Below are positions 47,408 to 57,363 of a stretch of DNA of 64,000 bases, piece by piece. Below the pieces are notes generated by a model that saw nothing but the letters and a program-made list of their open reading frames with translations, searched no databases and was not told where the DNA came from. Both the position numbers and the translations under genes were made by a program. The DNA comes from an uncultured bacterium (GTDB taxonomy: Bacteria > Fermentibacterota > Fermentibacteria > Fermentibacterales > JCC-6). The stretch spans positions 25,078-89,077 of the forward strand of contig CAZUXA010000008.1 of assembly GCA_964624405.1 (NCBI GenBank), in the 5' to 3' direction. The number at the start of each line of letters is the position of its first letter. Position 1 is the stretch's first letter.

Positions 47408-48007
47408 ATGAAGGCTTCTGTTCTGCTGGCGGCTGCGGCGGTGGCCAATGCCGCGACGGTAACCTTCGAATGGGAATGCTCCGCCACGGTTCTGGGTCTC
47501 ACCGGAACCGGAGACCCGCCCATCATCGCGGGCCTGGTTTCGGACCCTGTCCACGGCGGCGCCCAGGCTCTCAGGCTTGAGGACAACTCCCCCACAGGGA
47601 CGCCCCAGGCCTTCGTAGCGTGGATTGTTGGCCTTTCAGACGGGGATGAGGTGACAGCAGGCGTGTGGCGCTACGACACCACACCGGGAACTCAACCCCC
47701 GTCCTGCCGAATCTGGGCCCACTGGAACGACAGTCCCGACAACATCTACGGCTACAACGGCAGCGCCGGAGGGAACAGCAGCTACGGCCCGGGAACCGGT
47801 TGGGACATGGTCGAGCACTCCTGGACCGTTACCGACGGTCATACCGGTCTGATCGTGGTTGTCCGCACCTACTCCGAGCCCGGCGATACGGTTTACATCG
47901 ACGATCTTGCGGTTACCGCGCCGGCCGGGGCCACGGTATGGACGCCCGGGAACTACCTTTCCCTGCAGGCAAACACCTGGGGCGCAATAAAAGGCTACAC
48001 CTGGTAG
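47408..48007 (+). CDS. small secreted protein with C-terminal TWGAIKGYTW tail
   Basis: A signal peptide and a lectin/CBM-like body (DTVYIDDLAV) are present. The tail SLQANTWGAIKGYTW matches that of 41860..42531. Confidence 0.55.
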   Translation: MKASVLLAAAAVANAATVTFEWECSATVLGLTGTGDPPIIAGLVSDPVHGGAQALRLEDNSPTGTPQAFVAWIVGLSDGDEVTAGVWRYDTTPGTQPPSCRIWAHWNDSPDNIYGYNGSAGGNSSYGPGTGWDMVEHSWTVTDGHTGLIVVVRTYSEPGDTVYIDDLAVTAPAGATVWTPGNYLSLQANTWGAIKGYTW

Positions 48008-48019
48008 AAACTTGCGCCA

Positions 48020-51000
48020 TCACGGTTCATCAAGGATTTTCCTGACCCTTGCAAGCAGAACTCCGAGAGAGAAGGGTTTCTGAAGAAAGTTCAGCCCTTC
48101 GTCGAGAACACCGTGAGCGGCAATGACATCGTCTGTGTATCCGCTCATGTAAAGGGTTTTTACCCCGGGCTTGAGCCGGGACACGCCTTCGCTGAGAACC
48201 CTTCCATTCATGCCCGGCATCACCATGTCGGTTATCAGCAGGTGAATCCGAGAGCCGAACCCGGCGGCAAGCTCAAGCGCATCCCCCGGCCGAGATGCCG
48301 CAAGAACCCTGTACCCCTTCTCCATCAGGGCTTCGGAAGCCATGCCAAGAATCATCCGTTCATCCTCAACGATGAGGATCGTTTCCGAACCCCCGGCGTT
48401 GGTCGCGGTTTCATCGGAATGGCTCGGGGAAAGAGGCTGTTCGACTCTGGGCAGGTAAACTCTGAAGGCTGCGCCCTGTCCGGGTTCACTTAAAACTTTT
48501 ATGGCGCCCCGGTTCTGGCTCACGATGCCGAACACGGTGGCGAGGCCGAGGCCGGTGCCCTTTCCCACCTCCTTGGTGGTGAAGAAAGGCTCGAAGAGAT
48601 AATCCATGTGGTTTTCACTGATACCGCACCCCGTGTCGCTCACCTCCATCATAACGTAATCCCCCGGGACAGCCTCCCCGTCGGCATCATCAGGGTGTCT
48701 TCCCAGAACGGCTCTGGTGGTTCTGATCTGGAGGGTTCCCTCTCCCTCGATGGCATCCCGGGCGTTCACCACCAGGTTGGCAAGCACCTGGTTCAACTGG
48801 TCGGGGTCGATCTTCACCTTCCACAAATCCCGGCCGGGGAGCCAGCGGAGCTGAATGTTCTCGCCGATAAGGCGCCGGAGCATGCTCAGCATTCGGGCCA
48901 GGGTTGAATTGAGGTCAATGACCCTGGGCTGGGCGGCCTGCTTTCTTGCAAACCCCAGAAGCTGCCGTGTAAGCCTCGCGGAGCGGTCCGCCGCGGCCCT
49001 GATCTCAGTCAGGCTGTTCATCAGCGGCGATTCAGGACTGAGCTGCTGGGCCATCATGTCGGCATGGCCCAGAATCACTCCGAGCATGTTGTTGAAGTCG
49101 TGGGCCACACCGCCGGCGAGTCTTCCTATCGACTCAAGCTTCTGGGCATGCAGGAACTGGGCCCGGAGCCTCTCCTTCTCTTCCTCCTCCCGCACCCTGT
49201 CGGTGATGTCGGTGGAGATGCCGCAGAGCCCGAGCGGGGTTCCATCCTCCCCCCGGACAATCTGGGTTCGGCAGTCAAGAATGATCTCTTCCCCGCTTCG
49301 GGTTCTGTTTACCACGGTGCCGCGCCAGTGTCCGTTCTTCAGGGTGTTCTTCAGAATCTCCGCCTGGGTGGCTCCCCGGGCGCGGTCATCCCCGTAGTCA
49401 CTCACATTCATTGCCATGAACTCTTCAACGGAGTAACCCAGTGATTCCACTTCCGCTGTGTTCACATAAGTGATGTTTCCTGAAAGGTCGGTAACCGTTA
49501 CCCTGTCGCTGATCTGGTCCAGCACCGCGGCCTGAAGCCGAAGCAGCTCTTCGGACTGTTTGCGCCGGGTTATGTCTACCGCTGCGAACACCTCTCCCTG
49601 AGAGGGGTCGGAGTCGTCAAGAAGGGTGACTCCTATGAGTACGCTGAGAAGCTCGCCGTCACCCCTTCTCATGGTGACCTCGGTGTTGCATACGCCCTTC
49701 TCCGCCAACTGGCTCTGTTTCTCCGCGCCAACGAATTCATACTCCTCATCCGATGGATAAAGATCCCTTGCGGACTTGCCCGCCATCTCTTCAGGCGGAA
49801 TCAGGAACATGTCGCAGAATGCCTGGTTTGCCTCGACAATGACCCTGTCTTTGACTATGCCAAGCCCGATCGGCGCCGCGGAGAAAAGAGCCTTAAGCTT
49901 TGCCTCGCTGTCCCGAAGGGCCTGGTCCGCTCTCTTGCTTCCGGTGATCTCCTCGTAGGTGCCCAGTATCCCCGTCACAGAACCGTCCGGAGCCCTGATG
50001 GGAATCTTGCTGGTTCGAAGCCAGATGATCTTTCCCTCAGGGGTTGTCTGGGGCTCTTCGTAACCGATTTTCGGCACGCCGGAGCGCATCACCTGCAAGT
50101 CGTCACTTCGGTACAGCTCGGCCTGATCCCTCCACCCCATCTGAAAATCGTTCTTCCCGATCAGTTCTTCCGGAGCGGTGAGCCCCGCATCCCTGGCGAA
50201 CGGCATGTTGCAGCCCAGGAAAGTGGACTGCAGATCCTTCCAGAATACCCTGACGGGAATCGTGTCGAGAACGCTCTGCAGAAGCTGACGGGCGTTCTGA
50301 AGCTGGGATTGGGCACGGTTCCGCTCCACGATTTCGCCGATAAGCCTGGCGGATGCCATCAACCTGCGCCTGGCGGTTTCCACTATGTAGGGAGGCCGTG
50401 ATTCGTATTCAGCGGCCCTTTCAGCCAGTTCCTCCGGCTCCACACCGTACTTCGCCGCCAGAGCGTCAAGCGTTTCGGAGTCTGTGGGAGGGTCGCCGAA
50501 AGCGGCGTTTATGGCTCCGACAACCTCTTCACCGGCAACGATTGGAACACCGTAAAGGGTAAGCCCCCCATTGCAGGAAATCTCCACCGGTTCGCCGGTT
50601 TCGATGGCTGCTTTCGCGCAATGGGTCCAGCATGATTCATGGCACAGCCACCTGCCGGAAGCCAGAGCCCGGGAATCATCAAGGGTTTCGCAAAGCCTGC
50701 GGGAGGAGTTGTCCAGAAAGCTGCACCAGCCGGAGGTGAATACTCCCATCGCGTAGTCTCCGTTGACCTCGTAAACAGCCGTCGAAGTGCCAAGCAGGTC
50801 CATGTAATCAGAAGCAATGCTTTCCAGGTTTTCCCTGCCCACGGAATCAAGAATCGTCCGGTTTGTGTTAAGCGCTGTAAGATCACCGTACCGGGGGGGG
50901 ATGGAAACATGTTTCTTCGGTGCGGCGGAAAGCATCCATTCCAGTCGTTTCAGCTTCTCCACAGCCATTTTTCGGGGCGTAATGTCTACGATGAAGCCCT

Positions 51001-51370
51001 CGAGAATCCCAGGCGACGCCTCCCGGCCCTGCTCCCAGACATGGCGTTCCTCCCCTTGTCTGGTGATGATTCTGTACTCCACCCGAAAAAGGCTTTCCCC
51101 CTCTATTCCCAGATCCATCGATTCCTGAACTGCCCGGCGATCTTCCGGGTGTATCAGTTCGCGGTAGTTCGGAGAACCGGAAACAAGCTCATCGGGGGTA
51201 AAGCCGGTCAGTTCAGTGCTGCCCTCGCTGACGAAGAGCATGGGCCATTCCGGGAGGTATTCGCATCGATACGCCATGCCCGGCAGGCTGGCCAGGAATT
51301 CACGAAGCCTTTCTTCACCGGCCAGGAGATCCGTTCCGGCGGCTTTCCTGCCGGCCCTGTCAGGAAACAT
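48020..51370 (-). CDS. multi-PAS hybrid sensor histidine kinase / response regulator
   Basis: Several PAS/PAC blocks, a HisKA domain (GGVAHDFNNML), HATPase_c and a C-terminal REC domain (ILIVEDE...LITDMVMPGMNG...KPF) are present. It is a paralog of the kinase at 1..2724. Confidence 0.85.
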   Translation of the reverse strand: MFPDRAGRKAAGTDLLAGEERLREFLASLPGMAYRCEYLPEWPMLFVSEGSTELTGFTPDELVSGSPNYRELIHPEDRRAVQESMDLGIEGESLFRVEYRIITRQGEERHVWEQGREASPGILEGFIVDITPRKMAVEKLKRLEWMLSAAPKKHVSIPPRYGDLTALNTNRTILDSVGRENLESIASDYMDLLGTSTAVYEVNGDYAMGVFTSGWCSFLDNSSRRLCETLDDSRALASGRWLCHESCWTHCAKAAIETGEPVEISCNGGLTLYGVPIVAGEEVVGAINAAFGDPPTDSETLDALAAKYGVEPEELAERAAEYESRPPYIVETARRRLMASARLIGEIVERNRAQSQLQNARQLLQSVLDTIPVRVFWKDLQSTFLGCNMPFARDAGLTAPEELIGKNDFQMGWRDQAELYRSDDLQVMRSGVPKIGYEEPQTTPEGKIIWLRTSKIPIRAPDGSVTGILGTYEEITGSKRADQALRDSEAKLKALFSAAPIGLGIVKDRVIVEANQAFCDMFLIPPEEMAGKSARDLYPSDEEYEFVGAEKQSQLAEKGVCNTEVTMRRGDGELLSVLIGVTLLDDSDPSQGEVFAAVDITRRKQSEELLRLQAAVLDQISDRVTVTDLSGNITYVNTAEVESLGYSVEEFMAMNVSDYGDDRARGATQAEILKNTLKNGHWRGTVVNRTRSGEEIILDCRTQIVRGEDGTPLGLCGISTDITDRVREEEEKERLRAQFLHAQKLESIGRLAGGVAHDFNNMLGVILGHADMMAQQLSPESPLMNSLTEIRAAADRSARLTRQLLGFARKQAAQPRVIDLNSTLARMLSMLRRLIGENIQLRWLPGRDLWKVKIDPDQLNQVLANLVVNARDAIEGEGTLQIRTTRAVLGRHPDDADGEAVPGDYVMMEVSDTGCGISENHMDYLFEPFFTTKEVGKGTGLGLATVFGIVSQNRGAIKVLSEPGQGAAFRVYLPRVEQPLSPSHSDETATNAGGSETILIVEDERMILGMASEALMEKGYRVLAASRPGDALELAAGFGSRIHLLITDMVMPGMNGRVLSEGVSRLKPGVKTLYMSGYTDDVIAAHGVLDEGLNFLQKPFSLGVLLARVRKILDEP

Positions 51371-51454
51371 CCAGGCAACCCCCCTCAGACAGCGGGAATC
51401 CGACTATGCGAAGATATATCCCCAACCGACCCGGCCGTCACGGGGTTTGGATGG

Positions 51455-53716
51455 TCAGAATTCGTATTCCAAACCCACAACCGGCATCAGCCCCCACTGA
51501 AGCATCGTGTCCGGGTTTCCGGTGATGCTGTTCCAGTAGACCGCGGCAACATTGCGCCGGTTGTAGACATTCCAGACAGAGGCGTAGGTGGTAAGATTCG
51601 TTCCGGAAAAGTGAAACCTCCGGTCCACCCTGAGGTTCAGGCTGTGACTGGCGGGCAGCCTGGCATCGTTGATTCTTTCCGTATCAAGAATCGTCCGGTT
51701 GTACTCCATGCTTGCCGCCATGTCGAGGGGGGTATGGGGCCGCCCGCCGGCGTAGTCCCACCTGGCTGAAACCTCCCACCTTTCGTCAAGCTTGTACCCC
51801 CCTTCAACCCCAAGCACAAACCGGTTGTCGAAGATTCTGTTTCTCCACTCCTCACCCGGGCTTCTGTATGACGAGAATGACCAAGCGCCGGATACCAGCC
51901 CGTAAAGCCCCCTCGCAAGCCTTTTCTGAAGGGATGCCTCGATTCCCGCCGACCGGGCCCGGGCGCCGCTTTCCAGGGTGCCGAAGCCGTAGAGGTCCTG
52001 CTCGCTGCTGAGGCCGTCCAGTGCAAAGAAGCCCGGCTGATCCGGATCGTACGGGAACCGCCGGTACTCCTTCCGATAGGCCTCGACCAGCAGTCTGGTG
52101 CTCTCACCGAGAAGCTGTCTCCATCCCAGCACCATATGCACAGCCATGGGGTCATCAAGAGACTCGAAGGCCGGGTCACGGGCCAGAATCACCCCGGGAA
52201 GCCTCTGGCGGTAAATCCCCGCAGATGCGCTTATCGTGGTGTTCTCCCCGGGGCGGAAATGCACTGCTCCCCGGGGGGAGAGGTAGGTCCGCCTTCCAAA
52301 ATCAGCCCTGATCCCGATCTCCGTCGTCAGCCGGGGCAGCACCTTCATGGCGACTGTACCGAACAGGCCGCCACTGAACTCATCACGGTTTTCCTGAATG
52401 TACAGGGGCGGCAGGGGTTCTCCGCTCCAGTTCGTGTCAGCCCAGTAGTGGTTCTGAAAACTGTCGAACCGCTGAGAAAGGTCGGCGCCGAACACGAGTT
52501 CCATACCCCCGGTTGCCAGCCATGTGTTTACATTCCGCAGTCGAACCGCGCGTTCACGGGAATCCTGAAGGGCTTCCGGTTCTCCGCTCCGGGTCTTCCG
52601 GTAGTCGCCGCCGTAGTGTATGCGCTGGTAGGAGAGAGAGGTTCGGGAGTATCCGTTTCCGGGCCAGAGCCACCGCCAGTCCACCCCTGCGAGCATGCTC
52701 TCGGATTCGGTAACTCCGTAGTTGGGATTTCCGTCTTCCCAGGCACTCTCCAATGGATAGTCCACATGATCCAGCGCGCCCATGCCAAGGAAGCACAGCC
52801 GGTGGGACGCGGAAGGGTCCAGTTCCACTTTTACCAGGTAGTCTGAATAGGTGGGCACGGCGTCAATATCCGCGATTTCCGCCAGAAGACCCACCCAGGA
52901 ATGACGGGCGGAAGCCAGCCATGAACCGGTCCCCTGAGACAGGGGGCCTTCCAGTACCGCGCCCGCGCCCGCCATTCCGAAGTCAAGCTGGCCGTCGAAC
53001 TCCTCCCTGTTGCCGGATCTCAGCTTCAGTTCCATGATTGAAGACAGCCGGTCACCGTACACCGGGGAAAACCCTCCGGCGGAAAAGGTCACGTCGGACA
53101 GCAGGTCAACATTCACCACGGACAGCCCGCCGCCGCTGGTTCCCTGCCGGGGGAAGTGGTTGATGTTGGCGATTTCCATGTTGTCGATGTAGAAGCCGGT
53201 TTCGAAGGGGTTGCCCCCCCTGACCGCCAGGCCGTTGTACTGCTGGTCCACCCTGGAAACCGAGGGCAGACCGGCGATAACCCTCACCACATCCCCGGCG
53301 GACCCCGGGGATCTTCGCACCTCTTCTCCGGACAGGGAGAAACCGCTTCCGGCTCCCTGCTCATCTCCCGGGAAGTACGATGGTCTTACGGTTATGGTTC
53401 CCCCGGCGATCGGCGCCGAAGCCAGGACGAAATCAACCGTGGTCAACCGCCCGGGACGAACGATTACATCAGCCTTCACCTGGGGCTCATGCCCCACCGG
53501 GGAAACCCTCAGGCTGTAGCTTCCCACCGGCACATTCTCGATGCGGTATGCTCCCTGTCCATCGGAGATGCCTCCGAGAAGAGTTCCCTCGAGAACAACG
53601 AATGCTCCCACAACCGGTTCCATCGTTCCCGATGACGCCAGTGTTCCGGCGATTCTCCCGGTAGGCTCGCTTCCAACGCATATTCCCGCAAGAATCGCAA
53701 TCGCGGCAATTTTCAT
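51455..53716 (-). CDS. TonB-dependent receptor with N-terminal carboxypeptidase-regulatory-like domain
   Basis: A signal peptide, CarbopepD_reg (GTLASSGTMEPVVGAFVVLEG), plug region and a long beta-barrel ending in an aromatic residue (..LEYEF) are present. Confidence 0.75.
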   Translation of the reverse strand: MKIAAIAILAGICVGSEPTGRIAGTLASSGTMEPVVGAFVVLEGTLLGGISDGQGAYRIENVPVGSYSLRVSPVGHEPQVKADVIVRPGRLTTVDFVLASAPIAGGTITVRPSYFPGDEQGAGSGFSLSGEEVRRSPGSAGDVVRVIAGLPSVSRVDQQYNGLAVRGGNPFETGFYIDNMEIANINHFPRQGTSGGGLSVVNVDLLSDVTFSAGGFSPVYGDRLSSIMELKLRSGNREEFDGQLDFGMAGAGAVLEGPLSQGTGSWLASARHSWVGLLAEIADIDAVPTYSDYLVKVELDPSASHRLCFLGMGALDHVDYPLESAWEDGNPNYGVTESESMLAGVDWRWLWPGNGYSRTSLSYQRIHYGGDYRKTRSGEPEALQDSRERAVRLRNVNTWLATGGMELVFGADLSQRFDSFQNHYWADTNWSGEPLPPLYIQENRDEFSGGLFGTVAMKVLPRLTTEIGIRADFGRRTYLSPRGAVHFRPGENTTISASAGIYRQRLPGVILARDPAFESLDDPMAVHMVLGWRQLLGESTRLLVEAYRKEYRRFPYDPDQPGFFALDGLSSEQDLYGFGTLESGARARSAGIEASLQKRLARGLYGLVSGAWSFSSYRSPGEEWRNRIFDNRFVLGVEGGYKLDERWEVSARWDYAGGRPHTPLDMAASMEYNRTILDTERINDARLPASHSLNLRVDRRFHFSGTNLTTYASVWNVYNRRNVAAVYWNSITGNPDTMLQWGLMPVVGLEYEF

Positions 53717-53741
53717 TGATTACTCCCCTGGCTTTTCGGGT

Positions 53742-53774
53742 TTTCAAACAATTGTTTCAATCATATGTTTGAAA
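53742..53774. promoter_or_regulatory. candidate TetR operator: inverted repeat TTTCAAACA...TGTTTGAAA with internal 12-bp palindrome AAACAATTGTTT
   Basis: It lies in the 138-nt divergent region between the TonB-dependent receptor and the tetR-family gene. Confidence 0.5.
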
Positions 53775-53854
53775 TGAAGTTTCGGCAAGCATGAGAAGCG
53801 ACTTGCGGAAAAGCCCGGGAATGAATACGCTATGCTGGTACATCTGGAGGGTGA

Positions 53855-54517
53855 ATGGGAAACACAGCGGACACAAGACAACGAATAGTCCTTGCCGCCA
53901 TTGCGATTCTGGAGCATGACGGCACCGCCGGGCTGACCATGCGCCGAATCGCCCGGGAAGCCGGGGTAAACCCCGCGGCGGTGAACTACCACTTCGGGTC
54001 CAAGGCCAACCTGCTTGAGCATGTGCTGTCTGTGACCAGAAGCCACATCTTCGAAGACTGGGCCACGGTGTTGAACACAGCCGAACTCAGCCAGGCCGCA
54101 AGGCTCTACTGCATGCTGGACATCCTGATGGAGGGAATCTCCCGGTATCCGGGAATGGTGCACACCCAGCTTTTCGAGGCCGGGGCGCGGGAACAGGGGC
54201 GAAAGGGTTTCGCCGGAGAACTCGGCGGATTCCTCGATTTCATGCAGAGCAGGCTTCAGGGCCTTGTTCCGAACGAATCCATCAACCTCCGGTTATCCCT
54301 GGCGCAGATGATCCTTTCAAGCCTGGCCGCGGCTCTGGTGCCGGAACTGCTGGATGCGGCGGTTGGTTCAATCCCCGAACCGGACCGCCGGGCCGCTTTC
54401 CTCAGAAACCTGATCAGGGGATTCGCGGGAACAGAGGTCAACATCTCCAAGGAAGAACTGGGAATCATGAGGGAGCTGCGCTCGATGGCTTTTTCCGAAA
54501 CCGTCGACAGGGACTGA
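53855..54517 (+). CDS. TetR/AcrR family transcriptional regulator
   Basis: An N-terminal HTH (LTMRRIAREAGVNPAAVNYHFGSK) is present. Confidence 0.9.
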   Translation: MGNTADTRQRIVLAAIAILEHDGTAGLTMRRIAREAGVNPAAVNYHFGSKANLLEHVLSVTRSHIFEDWATVLNTAELSQAARLYCMLDILMEGISRYPGMVHTQLFEAGAREQGRKGFAGELGGFLDFMQSRLQGLVPNESINLRLSLAQMILSSLAAALVPELLDAAVGSIPEPDRRAAFLRNLIRGFAGTEVNISKEELGIMRELRSMAFSETVDRD

Positions 54518-54518
54518 T

Positions 54519-56327
54519 ATGAACCTGGAACTGGTTGGAACTTTCGCCGTCCTTGGCATTGCGGTACTGCTCTTTCTCACCGAGCGCCTCCGTCCCGATG
54601 TGGTCTCCCTGTCCACCGTGGCGGCGCTGGCGGCGCTCGGGGTTCTCACCGCCGAGGAGTCCTTCTCGGGGTTCAGCAGCCAGGCCGTTATCACGCTGAT
54701 CTCCGTGTTCATTCTGGCGGAAGGCCTTACGCGAACCGGTGTCTCGGAACAGGTGGCGAAACTGTTGTTGAGATGGGGGGGCAAACGAGAGGGAAGGCTT
54801 GTTGGCCTGGTGATGGCTACGGGATCCGGGCTTTCCCTGTTTCTCAACAACATTGCCGCGGCGGCGGTTCTTCTTCCGGCGGTGGGGGGAGCGGCGAAAA
54901 AGGCGGGCATCTCTCCTTCCAGGGTTCTTATGCCCCTGGCCTTCGCCACCATTCTCGGAGGAATGGCAACCCTTCTCACCACGATGAACATCGTTGTCAG
55001 CAGTGTTCTTGAAGACAGCGGACTTCCGGGGTACGGCCTGCTCGACTTTCTTCCCGTGGGACTGCCAATGCTTCTCGCCGGCATTCTTTACATGATGATA
55101 TGGGGAAGGCGCCGCCTGCCCGCCGATGCCGGTCGGGAGAGTCTTCTCCGGGAAGCACGGGGAGAGGCTGACCTGCTGGACATCTACCGTATGGGAGACT
55201 TTTTCTTCAGGGCCAGAATTCCCGAAGGCTCTTTCCTTATCGGAAACACCCTCGCGCGAAGCACATTCAGGGAGGCTTTCGGGCTCAATGTGGTCGCCAT
55301 CGAGAAGGCCAACGGCCCTGTCGTGGCGCTGCAGCCTGAAACCGTATTCCAGAAGGGGGACATACTGATACTCGAGGGAAGCCAGGACGAGTTCCGCAGA
55401 AGGGACAGGGAGCCCTATCTTGAGATACTGCCCTGCCGCGCCCTGGAAGAAAACAGCATCCTCAATCTTTACGCGGTGTTCGCCGAGGCCATGCTCTCCC
55501 CCCGGTCGAGCCTGATCGGCCGCACCTTGAAAGAGGTTCTGTTCCGGCAGAAGTTCGGCATGTCGGTGCTGGCTATCTGGCGGGAGGGAACCCCGATAAA
55601 AACCGACATCGGAGATGTGAAGCTGGCATTCGGCGATGCCTTGCTGCTCCAGGGCCCCCGGGACAGGCTGAGGATTGTTGATCTTGACCCTGACCTGATA
55701 CTGCTTTCCATGGAGAAGGAGCCGCCGCCGGTGAAGCGGATGGGTCGGGTGGCAATGGTGATTCTTGTGGCCACCCTGGCCGCTGTGATTTTCACCCCGG
55801 TTCCCATGGCGCAACTTCTTCTCAGCGGCGCGGTTCTGATGCTTCTTTCGAAGGCGCTCACCATGGAGCAGGCCTACCGGGCGATTGACTGGAGGGGAAT
55901 CTTTCTGGTGGCGGGAATGCTTCCCCTGGCGCTGGCCATGATCAAGTCCGGCGCCGCTGACATCGTATCCGCTCTCCTGGTCTCAGCCTTCGGCGGGTTC
56001 AGCCCGCTGGTGATGGTTTCGGCACTCTTCATGGCATCGGCGCTGCTGACCCAGGCAGTGAACGGAGCGGCGGTGGCTGCAATGATGGCGCCCATCGCCA
56101 TCTCAGCCGCATCGGGATCAGGAGCGCCGGCGCACGCGCTGGGAATGGCGGTGGCTCTGGGCTCATCCATGGCGTTCCTCACACCCCTTGGCCACCCGGT
56201 CAACACTCTGGTAATGGGTGCCGGCGGCTATCGCTTCCGCGACTATCGCCGGGTGGGATGGCCGCTTTTCATGATTCTCACATTAGTGGCCATCGCGGGT
56301 ATGGCGGTTCGCTGGAAACTTGTCTAA
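54519..56327 (+). CDS. SLC13/DASS-family permease with two central TrkA-C domains
   Basis: Two transporter halves flank the tandem TrkA_C-like cytoplasmic domains, at about 602 aa. Confidence 0.7.
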   Translation: MNLELVGTFAVLGIAVLLFLTERLRPDVVSLSTVAALAALGVLTAEESFSGFSSQAVITLISVFILAEGLTRTGVSEQVAKLLLRWGGKREGRLVGLVMATGSGLSLFLNNIAAAAVLLPAVGGAAKKAGISPSRVLMPLAFATILGGMATLLTTMNIVVSSVLEDSGLPGYGLLDFLPVGLPMLLAGILYMMIWGRRRLPADAGRESLLREARGEADLLDIYRMGDFFFRARIPEGSFLIGNTLARSTFREAFGLNVVAIEKANGPVVALQPETVFQKGDILILEGSQDEFRRRDREPYLEILPCRALEENSILNLYAVFAEAMLSPRSSLIGRTLKEVLFRQKFGMSVLAIWREGTPIKTDIGDVKLAFGDALLLQGPRDRLRIVDLDPDLILLSMEKEPPPVKRMGRVAMVILVATLAAVIFTPVPMAQLLLSGAVLMLLSKALTMEQAYRAIDWRGIFLVAGMLPLALAMIKSGAADIVSALLVSAFGGFSPLVMVSALFMASALLTQAVNGAAVAAMMAPIAISAASGSGAPAHALGMAVALGSSMAFLTPLGHPVNTLVMGAGGYRFRDYRRVGWPLFMILTLVAIAGMAVRWKLV

Positions 56328-56602
56328 CCGTAGTAGCAGATGTAGGACGAAACCTCCAGAGCCCTGGCGGTAAAGGCTGTGTTTTCCGGAACGCTGAAGC
56401 TCTCACCCTTGCAGTAGGTTGTAATGTCATGTCCGGCATACTCCACCTCAATGGCGCCGTGGGTGACTTCCATCAGTTCCTTCAACCCCGTGGAGAACTC
56501 GTAGAATCCGGGCAGGATAACGCCGACGGTGAACCGCTGGCCAAGGGTTTCCGGCCCCAGGCTCTTCACATTGCCGTGGAAATACTCGTTGACCTCAATC
56601 AT
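56324..56602 (-). CDS. ppnP: pyrimidine/purine nucleoside phosphorylase PpnP (DUF1255 cupin), start at MIEVNEYF
   Basis: The N-terminus VNEYFHGNVKS is characteristic, at about 92 aa. Confidence 0.8.
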   Translation of the reverse strand: MIEVNEYFHGNVKSLGPETLGQRFTVGVILPGFYEFSTGLKELMEVTHGAIEVEYAGHDITTYCKGESFSVPENTAFTARALEVSSYICYYG

Positions 56603-56667
56603 CTCGTCTCCTTTCGTTTGAGACTGTATCATATCCCCGCACCTCCACCCGATGCAAAGGAGAAGGT

Positions 56668-57363
56668 ATGGTGGTCAGACAGTTTCGCTACGGAAACGAC
56701 AATCTGGGCTACGTGGTTCACGGGAAGACCGAGGCTCTCGCGATTGACGGCGGCGCCATCGGCCCGGTCACAAGGTATCTGGAAGAGAACGGTCTTGCGC
56801 TGACCATGATCACCAACACCCACTCCCACAGCGACCACACCGTCGGCAACGATGCCCTGATGACCCGGGACACCCGGCTCATCACCCCGGAAGAGGCCGC
56901 CGGCGCCGGTGAAATCATTGTGGAAGGCCACAGCATCCGGGTGATTCCCACACCAGGCCACACCCTGGACAGCGTTTGCTTCCACACTCCGGGATTCCTC
57001 ATGGCGGGGGACACCCTGTTCATTGGCAAGGTGGGCCGCTGCTTCTCCGGCAGAACAGACCTTCTGCTTCGCTCGATCCGAACACTGATGACCCTTCCCG
57101 GAGACACGGTTCTCTACCCGGGCCACGACTATGTGGAGGAGTACCTCGGCTGGTGCAGAACCCTGGAACCCAAGAACCGCCATCTGGACCAGGCCATGCG
57201 CCTTTATGACCGTAGTGATGTGCGCTCCACGCTGGGCAGGGAGAAACTGGTAAACCCCTTCCTGCACATGGACAACGACGATGTGGAGGAAGCCCTGAAA
57301 CGGAGAGGGTTGCCCCGGGAAAGCATCGGGGAGCGATGGAACTCGCTGCTTGGTCTTATGTGA
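56668..57363 (+). CDS. MBL-fold metallo-hydrolase (glyoxalase II-like)
   Basis: The THSHSDH motif and downstream His/Asp ligands are present. Confidence 0.85.
   Translation: MVVRQFRYGNDNLGYVVHGKTEALAIDGGAIGPVTRYLEENGLALTMITNTHSHSDHTVGNDALMTRDTRLITPEEAAGAGEIIVEGHSIRVIPTPGHTLDSVCFHTPGFLMAGDTLFIGKVGRCFSGRTDLLLRSIRTLMTLPGDTVLYPGHDYVEEYLGWCRTLEPKNRHLDQAMRLYDRSDVRSTLGREKLVNPFLHMDNDDVEEALKRRGLPRESIGERWNSLLGLM

Noticed and set aside
50639-51769. 376-aa plus-strand ORF
   Set aside because: It is antisense to the hybrid histidine kinase and the TonB-receptor intergenic region, with no motifs.
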